A DNA stretch of 60,710 nt, the filler included, from Globobulimina sp. (taxonomy: Eukaryota): NCBI GenBank assembly GCA_003354225.1. It is 17 parts of 17 records of this genome, joined end to end, with 100 filler letters (N's around TTAATTAATTAA, not from the genome) between each part and the next. Parts side by side here need not be neighbours in the genome. Positions count along the whole stretch, not along the records: positions 1 to 3,481 come from PIVH01002696.1; positions 3,582 to 7,062 come from PIVH01002697.1; positions 7,163 to 10,642 come from PIVH01002698.1; 14 more parts are not named here. The stretch is one strand, 5' to 3'. The notes under the pieces were generated by a model. That model did not search any database. It was not told the origin of the DNA and was given only the letters and a program-made list of their open reading frames with translations. The position numbers were made by a program, and so were the translations under genes. Below are positions 1 through 10,742 of this stretch, piece by piece. The stretch's first letter is position 1. Each line of letters begins with the position of its first letter.

Positions 1-2
1 AT

Positions 3-1982
3 TATTATGATTATGATGAGGATGAAGGTTACGAGAGTTATGATGAAGAGTATGGTGATTATGATGATGAAATTGCTGCTGCTGCTATGGAGGAATATGG
101 TGATGAATATTATGATGAATATGATGATGAATACTACGATGATGAATATTATGACGATGAATTCTACGATGACGAATATTATGATTCAGATGAAGAGGAG
201 ATTATAGATGACGAGAATGGAAATTATTTCTTTGATGAGAATGAGGAGGATATAGTGAATCAGAAACCATTTGTAGCAAATGTTGTAAATGATGACGACT
301 ATTATGATGATTATATGGGTGATGATGATGATGATATTGTGGATGAAGAGAATGAGAAGACATTGCAAGATCGATGGATTGATGAATCTGATGGTGCGGC
401 CTGGATGGTGTCGAACGAAGTCATTGATGATTATGATGAGTTTTGGGATGATAATGAAGAATGGGATGATATCAATGAACAGATCGTGACTTTGCATGGC
501 AATCAGATTACGCGTAAATGTATGCGGATGTGGGGACATCGATTGTGTTTATGTCAATTTCTAAATTGGTTTGATAGCCGCAAATATAAATGTTTGCCCA
601 CCGGATTGGATGGTTTTGGTGGTAGCGGCAGTGGTTTCGGCGAAGGTATAGGCGGTGGTAATATTGGCATATTGCCGAATAACGGATTACATGCAGCTGG
701 TACCTATTCTAGCTATCATTCGTATGGTTCGCCAGATATTACGCATCATGTGTCGTTAATGCATGACCCGGATCGGGTAAAATATGAAACACTTCATTTA
801 ATACCGCATGGTGGCAAGAAAAGTAGCAAAATATCACATGAGGTGAAATATAAAATGAGTTCAAAGATAAAGCATTCGAAAGCAAAGCAAGATGCGTACG
901 GTGATTATAATGATTTATTTGATGATGCGTATGAGATATCGGATGATGATATTGATGCGGAAGGCGATTATTATGATGATGAATATGACGATGAATATAA
1001 TGATTTGTATGATAATGAGAATGATTATTATGACGAAGGGGATAATTATGATGAATATGACGATGCATATAATGATTTGTATGAAGACGAAGAGGATTAT
1101 GATGCCTTATATGCAGAAGATGAATATTATGAGGACGCAGAGAGTGATTATTATGATGAGTTATATGACGATTATGATGGAGATGAATATTATGCAGAGG
1201 AAGATAGTGATTATTACAATGATGATGAGGAGATAGCAGCGGCACAATATGACGAAGATGGTGGATATTATGAAGAGGAAAATAATTATTATGAGGATGA
1301 CGCAGAGAGTGACGAAAATGGTGCATATTACGAGAGTGAAGAGGATAATGTTGATGTAGATTATGGATATAATGAATATGAAGAAGGTGATGATTCATTA
1401 TATAATGATGCAGATGATTATGGAGATGGATATGAAGAGGATAATGATGAGGCGGATGATTATTATTACGATGAATCAGAGGATGAAGATGAACAATTTG
1501 GTAAATATTTTAATGGCGATTATAATGTAGAAGAACAAAATGGCGATTTAGAGCCAGATATATTTTGGACAATGAATGTGTTTGGTATTTTATGTGGTGT
1601 TGTTTTGGCATGTTTTGCAATATTTTATTGTATAAGAAAACGAAGAAAACGTTATAGTTTTACTAAATTGCATAATAAAACCACGGATATGGAAGACTCT
1701 GCAACTGAATATTCACAAATACAAAATAATAAATATGGGTTTCATCCGGTGAATATTTCTGTAAATCAAAAAATTTCTGACGATGATGAAGATGGAGAAC
1801 AAGAACAACAACCATTACAAGAGGAGAATATGTTGAATATGGATTTGGATTTGGATATGAATAATATTAACGAGGCGCCATATGCATCGGATTTAGACAA
1901 TGATGAAAGCAGTGCAAGCGATGAATATGCAGATGGTTCGGATGGAGATAGTTCGAAATCAAAAAAACATCAATATAAATAA
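3..1982 (+). CDS. Asp/Glu/Tyr-rich low-complexity protein with a C-terminal transmembrane helix (5' partial)
   Basis: The frame is open from position 3, upstream of the tracked ATG at 87. Two long D/E/Y tracts flank a Cys/Gly/His-rich core, followed by hydrophobic VFGILCGVVLACFAIFYCI, the basic stop-transfer RKRRKR and an acidic tail. Confidence 0.8.
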   Translation, partial: YYDYDEDEGYESYDEEYGDYDDEIAAAAMEEYGDEYYDEYDDEYYDDEYYDDEFYDDEYYDSDEEEIIDDENGNYFFDENEEDIVNQKPFVANVVNDDDYYDDYMGDDDDDIVDEENEKTLQDRWIDESDGAAWMVSNEVIDDYDEFWDDNEEWDDINEQIVTLHGNQITRKCMRMWGHRLCLCQFLNWFDSRKYKCLPTGLDGFGGSGSGFGEGIGGGNIGILPNNGLHAAGTYSSYHSYGSPDITHHVSLMHDPDRVKYETLHLIPHGGKKSSKISHEVKYKMSSKIKHSKAKQDAYGDYNDLFDDAYEISDDDIDAEGDYYDDEYDDEYNDLYDNENDYYDEGDNYDEYDDAYNDLYEDEEDYDALYAEDEYYEDAESDYYDELYDDYDGDEYYAEEDSDYYNDDEEIAAAQYDEDGGYYEEENNYYEDDAESDENGAYYESEEDNVDVDYGYNEYEEGDDSLYNDADDYGDGYEEDNDEADDYYYDESEDEDEQFGKYFNGDYNVEEQNGDLEPDIFWTMNVFGILCGVVLACFAIFYCIRKRRKRYSFTKLHNKTTDMEDSATEYSQIQNNKYGFHPVNISVNQKISDDDEDGEQEQQPLQEENMLNMDLDLDMNNINEAPYASDLDNDESSASDEYADGSDGDSSKSKKHQYK

Positions 1983-2326
1983 ATAAATAAATCATAAATT
2001 CTTTTGTTTTTCTTTGTCTTTGCATGTGATTGTTGTTCCGCTTTTATTGTATAGCTAATATATAGCAATAAAAATAAAACAATTGGTTGTAAAATTGTAA
2101 ATTGACAATAAACTGTTTTTCTTTTTATTTTTTTTTCCTTACCCGCTTAATTTTTTTTTAAAATATTTTAAGATCAATCCATGTCATTCTTGATTTGGTG
2201 TTTGCATTCAATTTAGATTCTACAAGTATTTCCCCTAAAAATTTAGATTTGCAGACCATATCATTCTGATAACCGTTGTGCCACAATATGTTTCCAAAAA
2301 AGTGTGTCAAACTGAACACAGTTTTT

Positions 2327-3090
2327 ATGACACGTGGCACTTTCAGCTCTAAATAATAAATATTAATATTAACTTGTTCAAAGCATGGGAGATTACAAGT
2401 CTTGTTTAACAACATTAGATAAAGTAATTGGTGCTTTTAGTTCCATCTCAATACTTTCTGAATGTCAATTGACTGTAGATTTTGGGAATAAAAAAGAAAA
2501 ATTATTGGAAAATATGGAAAATCATAAGGAGCATCTTCAACATACACTTGACAGTTAAATTAAATATCGTTTATAAAAAAAATATCATTTCTAAAAAAAA
2601 CAATAATTTGTTAGGCATTCAGTCAAGTCATGAATCATATAAATCATTGACAGAATTCCCATCATCAAAAAATTTAAATTGTCAATATATTGAATTAGAA
2701 AAAAATAAATTATCGTTGCAAACAGATATTGAAAATTTACAAAATGAATTAAAACTAAAACAAGAGAATATGCATATTATTGATGATGCAGAGGATATGA
2801 TTGATAATATAACACAAGAAAAAACACAAAAAATTAAAAGAAAAATTCCAGCATTAAAACATAAATTAAATCTTTATAAAAGATGGTTTGACATAGAATG
2901 GAATAACAACAATCAAACTGATGACATAATCTCTGGATTAATTGCTATAAATAATGGATTTAAACAGTTTACATTGAATAAAAATGAAATGCCATACTTT
3001 GATTTGGTAAACAAAATGTGGACACTGTCTGATTGTGAAATAAATTCCGAAATTAATCATTTGAAAGCAGTCATATCGCAACAGTTCTAA
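2327..3090 (+). CDS. SPC24: Kinetochore Ndc80-complex subunit Spc24-like (spliced; predicted introns 2334-2382 and 2554-2614)
   Basis: Coiled coil followed by IPALKHKLNLYKRWFDIEW...ISGLI...FTLN...FDLVNKMW, matching the Spc24 C-terminal RWD pattern. Removing the two GT-AG introns gives an in-frame protein of about 220 aa; the first exon is tentative. Confidence 0.6.
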
Positions 3091-3241
3091 CATTTTAATA
3101 TCTATATTCTACAACTTATTTAATTGCTATATCCTTGCACTAAAACCGCGAGTTTTTTTCTCGGGTTTTCTGTATTTTAATACTTATTACCCCTGGCACA
3201 GTAAATAGGTACAATTATAGAAGACAGCCTTTGTAGGGATC

Positions 3242-3481
3242 ATGTGTATCACTACAAGTGGATTATGCACACTTAAAAGAGTCATAAACCTAAAAAAATC
3301 AGTGGAAATTACAGGCAATATTTTACCATCAGCACCACAAAGTTATTTTGCATTGATTTTTCGAATAATATTATTTATTATTTTCATAATTGTTTTATGC
3401 ATTGGCGCATCAAACATTAATCCGCAAGAATTCACACAAAGAGAATTATACACTGCAATATTTGCATTTTTCTGTATTACC
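3242..3481 (+). CDS. Membrane protein fragment (3' partial)
   Basis: Hydrophobic ORF running into the contig end. Confidence 0.35.
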
Positions 3482-3581
3482 NNNNNNNNNNNNNNNNNNN
3501 NNNNNNNNNNNNNNNNNNNNNNNNNTTAATTAATTAANNNNNNNNNNNNNNNNNNNNNNNNNNNNNNNNNNNNNNNNNNNN
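3482..3581. other. Artificial contig spacer (N44-TTAATTAATTAA-N44). The same spacer occurs at 7063, 10643, 14223, 17803, 21382, 24960, 28538, 32116, 35693, 39269, 42844, 46419, 49993, 53566 and 57139 (100 bp each)
   Basis: Identical six-frame stop linker repeated 16 times; the intervening segments decrease in length from 3481 to 3472 bp. Confidence 0.98.
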
Positions 3582-3929
3582 AAAAGATTAATTATCGCAT
3601 AATCGATCTCGAATCCACAAAAACCTCATGTCATTACATCCAGAATGATTCCTAACTGCATTGCGTTATTTCCCATAGATTTACGGAGATTCAACATAAT
3701 TTTATGGAAGATTCATCCCAAATTCTCAAAAACTACATTTAATCTATGCTTTAATTTGGATTCCATCTTATTACATTCAAATGATTCAATATGTTGCGAC
3801 ATCTCTAAGAGTCACCAACTCGACATCTGCAGATGGTATTATTACAGGGATCGTTTAGCAACGATGAGTTTATACAATTTTAAGAATAACCAACAAACGC
3901 TATAACAAGAACAAACGTAATAAGATCAC

Positions 3930-5793
3930 TCAGAAATTGTTTCTCGATGTTTTAAAGACAACTTGTTCAATGATAGAAAAGTCCCATCCACAAACATTGA
4001 GTCTTAATTTTACTTTTGCGATATCTCTCGTTGCGCATCGTTTACGTACAGAATAAAATATCCTTTTTATTTTTATATTTGACCTCTTGTTGGCCTCTCG
4101 CTTATTTGATGAGATAAATTCTACCAAAATATTACACATTCGCGGATTAAATGCAATATCTCTTAAATAAATATCGCTCACATTTGGGAACATTGCTTGT
4201 ATTGTTTGTAATGACAAAATTGGTTTTTTAGGAGGACATGTTTCATAAAAAATATGCATTAAATCAGTATGCATTGGATGTAATATTAATGTTTCAACTT
4301 TTTCACAAATTTTGTGAAATAATGCTTCATCGATCAGACTATGGCTATCCACTGCTTTGGGGGGTGCTAATTGCTCAAAACCTCTTTTACTATTTTCCAA
4401 TAATGCACTTAAATCATCCTTATAATGACATTTATTAATCATTTGTTGAGACAAAAACAAATGTTTTGGATTATAATCAATCACAGCATGGTCACCTTCA
4501 ATTGCTTCATTTGCTTGTGATGACGATGGAGATTTGAAAAGTTTGATGTGTGAAACTTGTGTCATGTCTAACTTCGGTGTATTTAATATTTGTTTTGAAT
4601 ACGAACGATGGAATACACGGCCTTCAGTCATAAATACGATCAGAAACGGCTTTTCTGGTTCATGCTCGAACTATTATTTAATTTATATATATATATATGG
4701 TCATACATATTAACTTAACACCAAATCTATGGATATGTGATGTCGATGCAAACCTCCATCCAAGTTTCGCTAATTCAGCTAATTGTTTTCTACTTTTTTC
4801 TAATCGTTGTTTTGCGATATCATCCGCATTAATTGCTAAATAATCCGGTCTGAATCTTATAACTATATCTTGCAGACAGATGCCAGAATAATTTAAATTA
4901 TATAATTTTAAAAAGTCAATAAAATCACGCAGTGTCCAGTCAAAATTATCACCATCGATCAATATTTCTTTACATAAAGGAAATAACTTAACAAAGGTTG
5001 CAAAATTAATGTTATATTTCATATGTACAAATTCACCGGAATGAGTTATGATATCTGTTAATTTTGCATTCGTATCATCGTTATCTATGTCATTAATGCT
5101 TGGAATTGCATCGATAATATTATTCTCATCACTCTCCATATTGGTACTAAAAAAATATTTTATTAATTCGGACGCTTTTTCGAGTCGAATGGAGGTTACT
5201 TTTTGAGTTAAATAGGCAAATTGATCCCGATATTTGGCTAAAGCCATTTGTGTATAAACATCATTGTCAGATTTGACCATTTTTTCCCATTCGGTTGGTT
5301 TGTATTGAAGATATAACAAATATAATATCGCTACCAGCTCCTTTGTATGTAATGCGTCAAATGTCTCTATTGTACTGTCGGTATATCCAATGGGCCCAAT
5401 ATGCGAATCGGTTTTCTCGTCGTCGCCATCATCATCACTGCTTGTCATATTATCATCATTTTCATATTTTTCTTCTTTTTCCTCAGGAAGTGGTGCTGTA
5501 ATCCCTTCGCTATTTACGTCTTCATCACTAAACAAACCTTTTTTGCTATTTCTGGTCAATCCGTCATCGTCTTTGGCGTCAATCTCATTGAATGACAAAA
5601 CAGTGGAACCAATATTTACTGTTTGTAATGCTTTCACTATTGCTTTCTCAATAAATTTCGTATTTGATTTTAAGTTTCTTATTGTTCTCGCTGATAATAA
5701 TGAGCCTGTTTTAACATGCATTTCTTCAATGTTATCGTCATTTGACTTTGTAAATATATTCTTTATATTAAATGATGCATCAAAATATAACAC
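3930..5793 (-). CDS. Eukaryotic hypothetical protein, 3' part (intron 4671-4719), joined in frame to bacterial ptsI
   Basis: AT-rich coding sequence. A 49-nt GTTAAG...ATAG intron joins ...RFG to FEHEPEKPFLIVFMTEGR..., linking the 4678 and 3930 ORFs. Similar motifs KLFPLCKEILI and AMFPNVSDIYL occur in the two halves. Confidence 0.6.
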
Positions 5794-6753
5794 TTCCTGC
5801 TCATCCGGAAAATTCATACGCCCCAAATATAGAAACTCGGTCCGGAACAGGCCGATGCCTTCTCCGCCATGGTCTTTTACCGCCACAACCTCTTCGGGCA
5901 GTTCAATGTTGCCCATAATGCTGAATAAGTGCCCGTCAGCACTTTTTGCCGGCCGGTCGCTGGTTCGGAGGATGTCCGCCTTGCGTGTCTCGTATCGCTT
6001 GTTCAGTTCATCGTATTTAATCAGTGTTTCTTCTTCAGGGTCAATAATGACAATGCCTTCAGATCCATCAACAATAATAATACTGTCATTTTTAATCACC
6101 TGGGTGGCATTATCCAGGCCGAGAACCGCCGGAATTTCGAGTGTCCGGGCAATAATGCTGGTGTGAGAGGCCTTGCCGCCGCGATCGGTAATAAACCCCA
6201 TAATTTTTTCAAGCTGAATCTGGCTGGTTTCCGCCGGGGAAAGCGAATGAGCCACCAGTATCACCCGTTTGTCGATATTGGATATATTAACGTCCTTGCA
6301 GCCGACCAGATTTCTCATGATGCGTTCTGAAACATGTTCGATATCCGCAGATCGTGATTTGAGGTACGGGTCTTCAATGTTGCTGAACATGTCTTTTGCC
6401 TGCGAGGTCGCCTCCTTGAGCGCCCATTCCGAATTAATCAGCTCATTGGTAATGATATCAATTGTTTTTCCATAAAGCATCTTGTCTTTATGAAGCAGCA
6501 GATGTGTTTCAAGGATACCGGCATGCTGCCGGAGTTCTTCCGGCACCCCTTTGATGATATCTGCCAGTTCATTTTTGGCTTTGGTAACCGCACTTTTAAA
6601 ACGATTAATTTCTTTTTTGACTTTATCTTTGGTGATCGAGTATTTCTCAATGACATCAACACCTTCTTTATCCACACGGTAAGCCTTACCAATGCAGATG
6701 CCCGGAGAACCGCTGATTCCCTTTAGGATTATTTCCGTAGTGCCTGATGACAT
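5794..6753 (-). CDS. ptsI: PTS enzyme I, N-terminal half only (bacterial)
   Basis: LKGISGSPGICIG start, phospho-His motif GGKASHTSIIARTLEIPAV, and GIGLFRTEFLY. Similarity stops after FPDEQE. Visibly GC-richer than the flanks and intronless. Confidence 0.92.
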
Positions 6754-7029
6754 TTATATTTTCTCCCCAAAACCTTTTTCAAAAAGGTTAATTATTTTAT
6801 GGAGTATTTTCATATCTTCCGGGTTCTCAATTTTCAGAGTGACATCAGAGCCTTTCATGCAGCCAAGGGACAATATGTCAATAATGCTGGAGGCATCTAC
6901 CTGCTCTCCGTTTTTGCAGAGCCAGACATCAGATTGCGCTTCAATGGCAAGATTGGCAATCATGGCCGCCGGCCGGGCATGAAGGCCAAGCGCGTTAATG
7001 ACTGTCGTATCTTTATTCAGATTTTTATC
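6754..7029 (-). CDS. ptsH: Phosphocarrier protein HPr (bacterial; native start not visible)
   Basis: VINALGLHARPAA (His15 motif) and VDASSIIDILSLG (Ser46 region). Its stop TAA directly abuts the ptsI ATG. An in-frame TGA just upstream of 7029 suggests a junction there. Confidence 0.92.
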   Translation of the reverse strand, partial: DKNLNKDTTVINALGLHARPAAMIANLAIEAQSDVWLCKNGEQVDASSIIDILSLGCMKGSDVTLKIENPEDMKILHKIINLFEKGFGEKI

Positions 7030-7162
7030 TCACTGGCTCATTTATTTTATAATAATTTGTAANNNNNNNNNNNNNNNNNNNNNNNNNNNNNNNNNNNNNN
7101 NNNNNNTTAATTAATTAANNNNNNNNNNNNNNNNNNNNNNNNNNNNNNNNNNNNNNNNNNNN

Positions 7163-9410
7163 TCAGAATTAATTGCAATTTGGATTAATATCGTAATTGT
7201 ATATAATATAATGTCCTGTGGCATATTCAAGATTTATTTTTGTTGAAATTGTATACGTTTTATTTATTTTACGTTGTTTTTGTTCATATGTTTGTCAATC
7301 GGTAATGAATCAAATTAAATAAATTTGAATATTTGCAATGGGATTTGGCAATTAATTGAGTAAAATGCTGATATTAACAGTTAAAATCAGTGATTGGATG
7401 AAATCATTACGTCCAAATTATAGGGTTCGTCCGTCGTAATTAGTAATAAAATGGTATTGATTTACATTGAATATTTCAGATTATTATAGATATCGTAGTG
7501 GCGTCAGTACCCAGACAGACATTTACCTGTCATTTGCGATGAATTTATATCAAATATGTACCAAATTGATAGATTCTTGAAAGCAATGAGATAAGTTGCT
7601 TAATATGGCGATATTTGTTTGTTTCTATAACAAAGTGAATATATCTGACTTTGTAATTGGTAATAGTTGTTCTACGGTGTATATTATGAGTCTTATTCTG
7701 GTTGTGAGTAGTTGTGAGTAGTTGCCATTGTTTTTGATTGTTTATAGGGGCAAAGACGTTTTTTGGTACTTGAAGTAAAAAAACAGTTGTTATAAGGTTT
7801 TAGTTTGTGTGGTTTGTTAAGTTTGTTGTTTGTATGAGATATATAGTTAGAAGCAAACAGTATGATCACCCAATTTGGGCGAAGGTAAATCCGATTTACA
7901 AAGAATTATTATTTGCGGCATTAAATGGCGGAGTAAAAGTCACCACAGAATCGACATATATGCAGAATTTCTTATATTATTGGAAAACAATGCGAAAATT
8001 AGGTTTATCGGATGAGGATATTTGGACGTTTCCAACGCCAGATGCATTTTTGCAGCTATATACAATACATTGTTGTATGGTGCAGGAGAAGATAAATTGT
8101 TGGAAGACCATGAGACTGAAATATAGGTCGATTGATTTTGTCGCACAGTTATGTGGTGAATTTCAGTCATGGTCAGATAATCCGGCCTTATTTGCATTAA
8201 CGCAGTATGTTAAAAAAACTAATCCTGGAAAAGGATCAAATACTTTGCCAGTGACTGCGGATATTTTATTGCAAATTATAAAATATATATTAGCCTTCAA
8301 AGTATATAAAGGTTTGAGGTTAACGGATTATGAAAAAGAATTAAAGAGTGATTGGTTGTCATTTAAGAAGATATGGACAGATACCAATAGATTGTTTTGG
8401 TATATGTTTGCAATGTCACTCTTATTTGTAGGTATTTTAGGGTTAAGGGGGGCGGAGTGCTATGAAAATACCAACAAAGCATATGTTGGTTATGGCATTT
8501 ATTTGTCGGACTTGGATTTTTATTGGAAATGTGATGGTATAAATGCGATATATCGAAGTAATGGTTATTCCCTTGCTTTTGATAAACTGCATCACGCTCG
8601 GATAAGATTGAGAAATTCGAAAGGAAAGACAAAAGGGAAGGATGTAATGTTAAGAATTGGGAGGACGAAGAATAAAATAGATCCGGCGGTAATTTTATAT
8701 CATATTTATCAAACACAAAAGAGAGACTTAAAAAGTATACATAATAAAAGTTTGAGGAATTATTATGTTTTCCAACCAATTAAAAGAAGTTTCAAATTGA
8801 GAACGGTTAAAAAATATTGGAAGAAAGTTATATTAGAAATGGGGTTTTGGGAACCGGAGAGATATAGGTTTCATGGTTTAAGAAAGGGTTTTGCCACAAC
8901 CTTACAACAAAAGGGAGTCCCAATGAGTTTAATTGCATTTGCTGGGAGATGGAAATTGACGGCAGCAATATACAAATATTTAATACATACACAGAGAGAT
9001 CTGCTTTGTGTGGCAAATATCTTTATTTATGGCAAAAATAAGAATAATTTTGCTATGGATATGGATGCAGCAGAATGTGATTTGGTGAGAGAATTTCCTA
9101 ATAATAAGGATAAATTCTCGATGGATTATATGAATAGGTATCAGGAGAGATTATGTGAATATGAAATTGATTTAAGAGGTGGGTAATAATTTGTAGGTGT
9201 TTCTGTTTATTATTTGACGATGTGGAGTTTATGGCATATATTTAATATTAATTTGTATATAATATAATGTATTTTGATAATGAACGAGGTGGAGATTGGT
9301 ATAGGTTTGGTATGGTGGTATTTGGTGTTATTGTTAATATGTATTATGTTGTATAAATAATTAAGTTTAAGTTAATAAGTTATTTTATCCACATCGAATA
9401 AATTAATAAT
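7163..9410 (+). mobile_element. Putative tyrosine-recombinase mobile element segment (left boundary outside the contig)
   Basis: Recombinase ORF with G/T-skewed non-coding flanks. The right side abuts a truncated BTB gene. No terminal repeats identified. Confidence 0.45.
7834..9186 (+). CDS. Tyrosine recombinase (phage-integrase fold), DIRS/Ngaro-like
   Basis: Catalytic residues in order: LGLRGAE (R), RNSK (K), FHGLRKGFAT (HxxR), AGRW (W), AIYKY (Y). LPVT linker and N-terminal TESTY..YW segment. Intronless and intact. Confidence 0.85.
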   Translation: MRYIVRSKQYDHPIWAKVNPIYKELLFAALNGGVKVTTESTYMQNFLYYWKTMRKLGLSDEDIWTFPTPDAFLQLYTIHCCMVQEKINCWKTMRLKYRSIDFVAQLCGEFQSWSDNPALFALTQYVKKTNPGKGSNTLPVTADILLQIIKYILAFKVYKGLRLTDYEKELKSDWLSFKKIWTDTNRLFWYMFAMSLLFVGILGLRGAECYENTNKAYVGYGIYLSDLDFYWKCDGINAIYRSNGYSLAFDKLHHARIRLRNSKGKTKGKDVMLRIGRTKNKIDPAVILYHIYQTQKRDLKSIHNKSLRNYYVFQPIKRSFKLRTVKKYWKKVILEMGFWEPERYRFHGLRKGFATTLQQKGVPMSLIAFAGRWKLTAAIYKYLIHTQRDLLCVANIFIYGKNKNNFAMDMDAAECDLVREFPNNKDKFSMDYMNRYQERLCEYEIDLRGG

Positions 9411-9582
9411 AAAACAGCATAGTTTTAATGACTTCACTGCAGGATGCAATAATAATTTTACTTGATTTGAACTCTTTTTCTTCTTCACCAACAATAAATG
9501 TCACATCATGAAAATTAGCATCGTTTCTTGAATTCCATAAATTCTTGCAACGATTCATGTGAACTGCACCTGGAAAAGCCAT
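9403..9582 (-). pseudogene. Truncated BTB/POZ domain gene (59 aa)
   Basis: Manual translation gives MAFPGAVHMNRCKNLWNSRNDANFHDVTFIVGEEEKEFKSSKIIIASCSEVIKTMLFYY*. This is the first half of a BTB domain and stops abruptly. Confidence 0.7.
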
Positions 9583-9720
9583 GTGTGTGTTTGCTTAAAT
9601 TAAGTGAAAAACAGTATAATTCCAGTATTTCATTTAAAAATACAAATCATATAACAACATTACGAATGCCTATGAATGAAAAAACATTATAAAAATAATC
9701 ATCAAGTCATACATTCACAT

Positions 9721-10642
9721 TCACCAATATTCAACATCTTGATTATTATTTTCCACCACCTCCTCCTGTTTATCCTTCCCCACTTTGACCAACGCGGGTG
9801 GTCCACTCAGATGTTTCCTATGCTTCGCTGTCATCCTCTTACTCAAAAAGCCAATCGATGTCACTGTACCGGACTGTCGCTGTTGCTGTGAATGTTGCAG
9901 CTCCCTCTCCGGCACACCACCACGTACTCCCACATGCTGCACGCGACCAAGCCCATGGCCGCCATTCCCAACTCCCACCTGCGGATGATTCATATTTATA
10001 TTATCCCCGTCCTCTCCTTTCCCACTCCCGTCCAACAACCCTTCCTTCTCTTTCATTTCCTTCTCCTTCAACAACAACAACAGCTCCTTCTCCTTCATCT
10101 TATTCTTAGCCCATCGGCACTTAATCGGCTGTCCCATAATCAGCCGGCCGTCCATGTCCTGTATGGCCTCAATCGCCTGTTGATGCGTCTGATAATGGAT
10201 GAATCCAAAGCCTTTCTTCCGCCAATCCAACCGAATCTGTTTGATGTCGCCGCAATGTTTGAACAACTTCCTCAATGTCAACTCGTCACATTCCGGATGC
10301 AAACCACCTACATAAACATTGCAATTCTCGCCATGCGTCTCGTCGTCAATCAGCGACGATGGTTTATCCGATGCGAATTGCAGCGCTAACTCTGCTTTTT
10401 CTACATTTGCTAAGATCTCATTGGCGTTATCGTCCACAGCGTCATCCTGCACCACATCAAAGGCGATATTATTCAGCTCTTGCCGTACTTTGCCCTTCTT
10501 TTTCACCGACACATTCATTATTTTTTTGTTGGGCTGTTTCCTGCGTTTGATACTGAACTGTTTTTTCGCATTGCTTAGGTTTTTTTTATTCACAGTGCCG
10601 ATTTGAGTGTCACCCAATCGCTTCAATTTCGCAATGGCTTTT
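9721..10642 (-). CDS. RRM RNA-binding protein (TIA-1/PUB1-like RRM; 5' partial)
   Basis: RNP2 VYVGGL, RNP1 KGFGFIHY, and a closing IKCRWAK. Confidence 0.85.
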
Positions 10643-10742
10643 NNNNNNNNNNNNNNNNNNNNNNNNNNNNNNNNNNNNNNNNNNNNTTAATTAATTAANN
10701 NNNNNNNNNNNNNNNNNNNNNNNNNNNNNNNNNNNNNNNNNN

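Noticed and set aside
7-1398. Met-rich and His-rich ORFs (7-207, 289-489, 739-1398, 892-1236)
   Set aside because: Shadow frames of the GAT/TAT/GAA-rich acidic gene.
4678-6753. The 691-aa ORF as a complete ptsI
   Set aside because: Only the first 320 or so residues are enzyme I; the rest is unrelated eukaryotic sequence.
7163-7250. ELIAI as a DIRS RNase H remnant upstream of the recombinase
   Set aside because: The frame closes after 27 codons and no other RNase H or RT motif is seen.
7163-7730. Minus-strand ORF under a TAA=Gln genetic code
   Set aside because: It still contains TGA, gives no recognisable protein, and other genes in the window end in TAA.
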